Translations under genes and position numbers: made by a program
The notes under the pieces: generated by a model
What the model was told of the DNA's origin: nothing
The model's database searches: none
What the model saw: the letters and a program-made list of their open reading frames with translations, nothing else
Virus record (IMG/VR): IMGVR_UViG_3300021255_000114
Span: 64,001-128,000 of that record
Direction: 5' to 3' (one strand)
DNA from: a virus
Lineage: Duplodnaviria; Heunggongvirae; Uroviricota; Caudoviricetes
DNA: 64,000 nt
Shown: positions 59,036-64,000 of the stretch, piece by piece
Layout of the letters: the number at the start of each line of letters is the position of its first letter
Position numbering within the stretch: position 1 is the first letter of the stretch

Positions 59036-60011
59036 GCTTGCACTTTTTGATAGTTTCTTCCGTCCATCCTGTTTTCTCGGCCATTTTCTCAATCCAATTA
59101 TGAACAGAACCTTTACTCAAATTTCCGGTAAAGTAGAGGTTTTCTATTTCGGACAGTCTATCATATAATATATTGTATAGCCTTGTTGCTTCCGATGGTG
59201 CTTTTGTCAGGACGAACGTGAAATCGTCATCATTTTCTATAAATAAATATGATTTCCAAACGAAGATACGGCAAATACTGTGTTTTTCAATATATTTCAT
59301 TATGACATTATCAATAATGAATTTTGCGTCTTTTCTATCATATTTTGGATGATACCCGTACAGATAGAAAAGTTCCTCTATATACCAATCATCCTTTGCA
59401 ATTATTCGCCATTGGGGGTCATCTGTCTTCACAGTCACAGACTCTCCCAAGTCGTTTCTGAATACCGATTCATTGTCTTCTAACTCCGGATCAATTTTTT
59501 TCTTAAGTAGTATTTCGTATTTAACGGGCTGTTCCCCACTTTTTATTGTGCGTTTTTCGTAAAACATGGGGCATATGGTGTTTTTATGGTTCATTTCGAC
59601 GAGTTTGTTGTATTTCTCGACAGAACCAAATTTCCAAATATACCAAGCAAACGTCTTGTCGTATTCCTTGTTTTTTGTGAAGAATATTATAAAGCGTCCC
59701 TGCTCATCACCCTTATGTATCCTTCTGCGTACAAACGGCCTTCTATGATGCCTTATGTAATAGCGATGGTTAATCCTTTTGCGCCTTTTTTTCTTGTTTT
59801 CCTTTTCCCAATTGTAATGTAGGCGTTTTAGGTGAAATTCCTGCATTTCAATCTTGCGCTTTTCCCTCCTTTTTTGGACACGCTTAGCCAATGCAGCCTC
59901 ACGGCGCTCTTGTTTTTTCTTCGCGTCTTTTAAGGCTTTTTCTTCAGCCTTTTTCTCGTTTTGCTTTCGCCTATATATCCCAACAAGGGCTTGTATACGT
60001 TCTGATTTCAA
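59022..60011 (-). CDS. Hypothetical protein with a very basic (Lys/Arg) N-terminal 100 aa
   Basis: 329-aa ORF with a TTG start; minus-strand TATTTATA at 60040-60033. Confidence 0.7.
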   Translation of the reverse strand: MKSERIQALVGIYRRKQNEKKAEEKALKDAKKKQERREAALAKRVQKRREKRKIEMQEFHLKRLHYNWEKENKKKRRKRINHRYYIRHHRRPFVRRRIHKGDEQGRFIIFFTKNKEYDKTFAWYIWKFGSVEKYNKLVEMNHKNTICPMFYEKRTIKSGEQPVKYEILLKKKIDPELEDNESVFRNDLGESVTVKTDDPQWRIIAKDDWYIEELFYLYGYHPKYDRKDAKFIIDNVIMKYIEKHSICRIFVWKSYLFIENDDDFTFVLTKAPSEATRLYNILYDRLSEIENLYFTGNLSKGSVHNWIEKMAEKTGWTEETIKKCKPIVS

Positions 60012-60032
60012 GGGTGAAAAATTCTTTCAAAA

Positions 60033-60104
60033 TATAAATAGTCTGCCGTTCAGAGAAAAAGTTGTCCCAAAAGTGAAAAAGTTTTGGAAAATATAGTATA
60101 TTTG
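60033..60104. promoter_or_regulatory. Divergent promoters: late-type TATTTATA (minus, 60033-60040) and early-type TAGTATATTTG (plus, 60094-60104)
   Basis: Each motif is oriented toward its flanking gene. Confidence 0.6.
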
Positions 60105-60144
60105 GATTAGAATTCAATTTAAGTTTAATTTAAACAATTTAAAA

Positions 60145-60627
60145 ATGGCAAAATTAGAAAAAGCAAGCGATGCTATCATCGATTTTATCACTGAAATTAT
60201 TCAAGAGCACGATCTTGATGCATTCGCAGAGTTCAGATTTTTTGAACTTCCAAAACAGAAGGAACTCATTAAGGTAAGCAAGGCAAACGCGACAACTGAG
60301 TACTTTGCGAAGACAAGCGACATGGTCACTGTTTTTATAAACCCCAAAATTTGGGAAATGATGGAGGATTCACAACGTAAGATGCTTACCGAGAACGCGC
60401 TTAACGGTGTCTATTTTGATGAAAAGGATGATGGCACTGGCAAACTTGTCGTTGAACAGCCGAATCTAGCCATTTCTGCGGAATGTTATGCCAAGTATGG
60501 CAAAGAACTTGTTGACGCAGCCGAAGTTGCGGTGCATGCACTCCGTCAGATTAAGGAAAAAGAAAAACAAGAGAAAGAGGCGAAAAAGGCCGCAAAGGAC
60601 AAAAAGTTTGACCCTTATGGCAACTGA
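60145..60627 (+). CDS. Putative phage metallopeptidase-like protein lacking the HExxH motif
   Basis: Pattern V.IN..IW..M...QR..L followed by ENALNG where HELxH is expected. Confidence 0.5.
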   Translation: MAKLEKASDAIIDFITEIIQEHDLDAFAEFRFFELPKQKELIKVSKANATTEYFAKTSDMVTVFINPKIWEMMEDSQRKMLTENALNGVYFDEKDDGTGKLVVEQPNLAISAECYAKYGKELVDAAEVAVHALRQIKEKEKQEKEAKKAAKDKKFDPYGN

Positions 60628-60760
60628 TGAAGAAATCGATAAAGTATTGGAAGAAATTGTCAAAAACCCCGATGATTTCTTCCCTACTTTTTCTGAAGAA
60701 ATGGCTGAAAAAGCAAGGCAGGAATTATTGAAGATTTTTAAAGAAAAACCACGAAACTAA
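60617..60760 (+). CDS. Small hypothetical protein (47 aa, MATDEEIDKV...)
   Basis: ATG at 60617 overlaps the upstream gene end. Confidence 0.5.
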   Translation: MATDEEIDKVLEEIVKNPDDFFPTFSEEMAEKARQELLKIFKEKPRN

Positions 60761-60897
60761 CGAGTTGCACGTCGAATAATTCTACGTGTTATCCTTTGGT
60801 TATTGGTGCTTGAAGGTGTATTGTTGTTTGTGGTAGGTGCTTTTATGATTTTCACACCACTGTTACCGGTTTTCTTTTTAGTGCAGTTACATCCCAT
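60757..60897 (-). CDS. Basic microprotein MGCNCTKKK... (46 aa), missing from the ORF track
   Basis: Translated by hand: MGCNCTKKKTGNSGVKIIKAPTTNNNTPSSTNNQRITRRIIRRATR. Confidence 0.6.
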   Translation of the reverse strand: MGCNCTKKKTGNSGVKIIKAPTTNNNTPSSTNNQRITRRIIRRATR

Positions 60898-60991
60898 AAA
60901 TCAATTCTATAATTTTCGCTTTATTATCAGGTCTTTTAACAGTTTTAGTAGGCTGTTTTATAGTGTTTTTTCTTTTACAATTGCAAGACAT
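60887..60991 (-). CDS. Basic microprotein MSCNCKRK... (34 aa), missing from the ORF track
   Basis: Translated by hand: MSCNCKRKNTIKQPTKTVKRPDNKAKIIELIYGM. It starts 2 nt after the upstream gene's stop. Confidence 0.6.
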   Translation of the reverse strand: MSCNCKRKNTIKQPTKTVKRPDNKAKIIELIYGM

Positions 60992-60993
60992 GT

Positions 60994-61398
60994 CTAACTC
61001 TCCATTTTATAATCGGAAACTTTATCAAAAGTCGCAAGAAATGCATCTTTTGCCATATCACCTTTGAAATCGTCAATAAGTGAAACAATATTAGATAGTT
61101 TCCCGTTATCTTCACATTTACCCCTGAATTCATCAAGCATTTCAGAAATAATCTTGCAGAGTTGACCAAGGTCGTTGGTTTTGTTTATACTTTGTTCAAA
61201 TGAGAAATCGGAGAATGACGGCTTACCGGAATATCCGAAATATTGCTCGGCAAGGTCATCAGTAAAATCCAATATGTCATCACGGATAATGTCACAAAGT
61301 TCGTGCGCATGATTTTTATCGGTGCTATAGTGCACCATCTTGGTAATATCAGCGTACATGTAGAGTTTCATAATTATATCACAAACTTCCTGTTGCAT
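60994..61398 (-). CDS. Ferritin/Dps-like four-helix protein (DUF5856-like)
   Basis: HYST...AHELCD...DDLAEQYFG pattern; minus-strand TATTTATA at 61424-61417, 18 nt upstream of the ATG at 61398. Confidence 0.65.
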   Translation of the reverse strand: MQQEVCDIIMKLYMYADITKMVHYSTDKNHAHELCDIIRDDILDFTDDLAEQYFGYSGKPSFSDFSFEQSINKTNDLGQLCKIISEMLDEFRGKCEDNGKLSNIVSLIDDFKGDMAKDAFLATFDKVSDYKMES

Positions 61399-61496
61399 TG
61401 CAAAATGTATTTTGACTATAAATATCTTCAACTTTAAGAAAATTTAACGTTTTATTATAGGAATTATCAACGATTTAATAGTATTTTTGTGGCGAA

Positions 61497-61655
61497 ATGG
61501 AGACAACAGAATTTATTTCGGAATGGCATCCTATTATTTTACCAGGATGCCCCTTGGTACAAACGAAGGACGGATTTAAAACTTTCGATGAACTTGAGCG
61601 CGAAGAAATAGAATCAATATTCGGATGGCTAATTGAGGAAGAAGATGGAAATTAA
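61497..61655 (+). CDS. Small hypothetical protein (52 aa), missing from the ORF track
   Basis: METTEFISEW...LIEEEDGN; preceded by TAGTATTTTTG at 61479-61489. Confidence 0.5.
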   Translation: METTEFISEWHPIILPGCPLVQTKDGFKTFDELEREEIESIFGWLIEEEDGN

Positions 61656-62142
61656 GAAATATATAGGATCGCTTTTAGATAGCAAAGCGCAGATACTTGT
61701 ACATCAAGTCAATTGTACAGGTAGAATGGCAAGTGGAATAGCGAAAACAATTCGTGAAACTTATCCTGTCGTATATGATGAATATATGGAATATTGTAAA
61801 ACAATTCCAAATCCTAAAATGCGGCTCGGTGATATCAATATTGTAAAAATATCAAGAAAACAGGCTGTATGCAATCTATTCGGGCAGTTGAATTATGGTT
61901 ATGATGGAAAACGGTATACTTCATACGATGCACTTGCAGACGGATTTGAAAAACTTCGTGATTTCTGTCTTGAAAAAGGAGTCAAAAGCATAGCAATACC
62001 AAAGAATCTTGGATGTGGTCTGGGTGGTGGAAAATGGGGAATTGTTTCAATGATTATATACGAAACATTTGAAAAAACAAATTTAGAAATAGAAACATGG
62101 GAATACAATGGAACAGAAGGACAAGAAGAAATTTCTCGTTGA
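61645..62142 (+). CDS. Macro-domain protein (ADP-ribose binding/hydrolase)
   Basis: HQVNCTGRMASGIAK, NLFGQ, IAIPKNLGCGLGGGKW. Confidence 0.9.
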   Translation: MEIKKYIGSLLDSKAQILVHQVNCTGRMASGIAKTIRETYPVVYDEYMEYCKTIPNPKMRLGDINIVKISRKQAVCNLFGQLNYGYDGKRYTSYDALADGFEKLRDFCLEKGVKSIAIPKNLGCGLGGGKWGIVSMIIYETFEKTNLEIETWEYNGTEGQEEISR

Positions 62143-62704
62143 CGTTGATGATGTTTTGCGTAGTCTAGTACCGAATATGGTCAGGATTTACAATGAAGAA
62201 TTCAATGAAAATATGACTTACGATGATGTAATGATATATTATGTCGACAAATCATTCCCTAAAGTAAAAGAAAGATTTGGCAATGTTCCGCATTGGTTCT
62301 TCCAAGTACACGGCCATGAATTGTTCTATGAGAGTGAACCAATTAAAGGTGCTGTTGAGGCGGTAAATAAGTTACATGAATATGGTACTGTTGAAATTGT
62401 AACCAAGCAACGCAGCACGCAGAATAAGGTAGACACTCTTGTGTGGCTTGATAGGGTTGGGGTTAAATATGACAGTGTTTCATTTGTAACGCACAAATCG
62501 ATTGTTTGTTGTGACTATTTCATAGATGATTTCCATGAAAATTTCATAGGATGTGGCTCTGAAGGCGCAATAGGGATACTAATTAATGCCCCATATAATA
62601 GAAACATTGATTTGAATGAACTCAAACCACGCACCGGTTTCTCCATGATATTGAGGTACAATAGTCTTGCGGACTTTATTAAAGATATTGATAATATCAT
62701 TTAA
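62108..62704 (+). CDS. 5'(3')-deoxyribonucleotidase (HAD, NT5C family)
   Basis: LVDVDDVL, IVT, K..WL, FIDD, PYN. Confidence 0.85.
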   Translation: MEQKDKKKFLVDVDDVLRSLVPNMVRIYNEEFNENMTYDDVMIYYVDKSFPKVKERFGNVPHWFFQVHGHELFYESEPIKGAVEAVNKLHEYGTVEIVTKQRSTQNKVDTLVWLDRVGVKYDSVSFVTHKSIVCCDYFIDDFHENFIGCGSEGAIGILINAPYNRNIDLNELKPRTGFSMILRYNSLADFIKDIDNII

Positions 62705-62707
62705 AAC

Positions 62708-64000
62708 ATGAATACAAACACAATAATTTTAGAAAACGAAGAAATCAAACACAAAAAAGAACTTCTAAAAAACGCAGAGAAGGTCTTGAAGGAAGAACTT
62801 ATAGGTATTGACAATGTCATTGACGATACTTTACTTAACATACGTCCTTGGTATCTATATCCTGAACTACAGGACAGACCGTTGGTCATCACCCTTGTTG
62901 GACTTACGGGAACTGGAAAAACCCAAATCGTCAGACGTTTGGCTGAATTACTTGATATTACTGGCGATATGGTTTATTTCAATTTTGCCGAAATCGGTGA
63001 AATGAAGTCTTGGGAAATCGAAGACACTTTTGAGGAATCAATTGACAACGGCACACCAAACAAGATGTTTGTTTATGATGAATTCCAGTATGCTGCAACC
63101 ATCGACGAGAACGGAGGTGAAAAGGATAATAAAACCGGTTTAAAACCATTCTGGGAATTGATGGATAGCGGTGTATTGCACAGGCGTATTTCCACCTATG
63201 AGATTCATTGCTTACGAAAGTTACTGGATTACGCATACCGTATAAACAAAAATTGTAGGATTAATCTCGAAAATGGACGTTGGGTAAACGCCGAAGAATG
63301 TTTATCCTCGTTTTCTGCATATGATAGGGATAAATTTGAGCAGGTATTCAATGTTCCACGCAAGAAAAGAGACGATGAACCGGAAAATACGGATAACACG
63401 AAACAGTATCAAGCAACACCGGTATATAACGAAGATTTGAATGTTTTATCATATGATGACGGAGATGCCGATATATTTATCAGGAATGGATATATAAATA
63501 AACTCTCCGATATGTATGCACGGGTTTATAAATCCATTGATAACATTGACTTCCATAATATGTTATGTAAATTTGATTTCCTTGAACTCTGTGCATTTAT
63601 TGAGGATTTAATAAAGAAGGGTGGTAAGGGTTATGACATGAACTTCAGTAAGTCAGTCATATTTGTCTTGATGAATCTTGACGAAGCATATGAAATGAGT
63701 TTTAATGTCAACCCCGACATGTTACCGGATCAATTCCATAAGATAACCAAGAAGCTCACCATAGTTGATATCAAGGAAGCCTTGAGGAAACGTTTTAGAA
63801 ATGAGCAAATTGGACGTCTTGGTAATCTATTTATGATTTACCCATCATTCTCTGAAAAGTCATTCAGGGAAATTATCAATCTTCTGTTGGCAAAATATTC
63901 AGCAACAGTCAAGGATAAATGGCAAATCGACCTTGAATTCGATGACAGTGTGAAGGAGATTATCTATAAGGATTCCGTATTCCCTACACATGGAACAAGA
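62708..64000 (+). CDS. AAA+ ATPase (Clp-D2-like), truncated at the window end; not in the ORF track
   Basis: Translated by hand: ELIGIDNVID...GLTGTGKT Walker A, FVYDEFQ Walker B, FRNEQIGRLG, GTR at the edge. Confidence 0.85.
   Translation, partial: MNTNTIILENEEIKHKKELLKNAEKVLKEELIGIDNVIDDTLLNIRPWYLYPELQDRPLVITLVGLTGTGKTQIVRRLAELLDITGDMVYFNFAEIGEMKSWEIEDTFEESIDNGTPNKMFVYDEFQYAATIDENGGEKDNKTGLKPFWELMDSGVLHRRISTYEIHCLRKLLDYAYRINKNCRINLENGRWVNAEECLSSFSAYDRDKFEQVFNVPRKKRDDEPENTDNTKQYQATPVYNEDLNVLSYDDGDADIFIRNGYINKLSDMYARVYKSIDNIDFHNMLCKFDFLELCAFIEDLIKKGGKGYDMNFSKSVIFVLMNLDEAYEMSFNVNPDMLPDQFHKITKKLTIVDIKEALRKRFRNEQIGRLGNLFMIYPSFSEKSFREIINLLLAKYSATVKDKWQIDLEFDDSVKEIIYKDSVFPTHGTR

Noticed and set aside
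1-64000. Stop-codon reassignment (TAG to Gln, as in Lak and some crAss-like phages)
   Set aside because: Code-11 ORFs tile the window densely, including 2116-aa and 1258-aa genes, and several genes end cleanly at TAG (10432, 18565, 37663, 47631).
1-64000. CRISPR array, tRNA or rRNA genes
   Set aside because: No regularly spaced direct repeats or cloverleaf-like sequences were seen in the short intergenic regions. This was by eye only; tRNAscan and a CRISPR finder were not run.

Overview
This window is a gene-dense, AT-rich, almost entirely plus-strand segment of a jumbo myovirus-like phage. The host is most likely a Bacteroidota anaerobe, based on TTTG-N20/21-TAnnTTTG promoters, A-rich leaders, NrdD/NrdG, an Hc1-like protein and BACON/Flg_new repeats. 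It uses the standard genetic code. Gene order: virion muralytic genes (1-2.2 kb); a replication and nucleotide block with SSB, thymidine kinase, RecA/UvsX, 5'-3' exonuclease, DnaB-like helicase and NrdDG (4.5-15.8 kb); a 28.5-kb baseplate/tail/adhesin block (16.2-44.7 kb); a SbcD, RuvC, primase, SbcC and sigma-factor block (44.7-51.2 kb); putative head-cargo and lysis genes (51.4-57.3 kb); and small accessory genes ending in a truncated AAA+ ATPase. The most notable observations are: (1) an orphan IS200/IS605 TnpB omegaRNA-like scaffold with its own late-type promoter directly behind the phage sigma factor; (2) a ~30-aa module dispersed through eight different tail/baseplate proteins; (3) a probable protease-processed capsid-cargo polyprotein; (4) an Mre11/Rad50 pair with an apparently shifted subunit boundary; (5) a family of MxCNC(K/T)-leader microproteins; (6) a decayed class II RNR-like tail behind nrdDG. 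All family assignments come from motif recognition by eye. No database searches were run.
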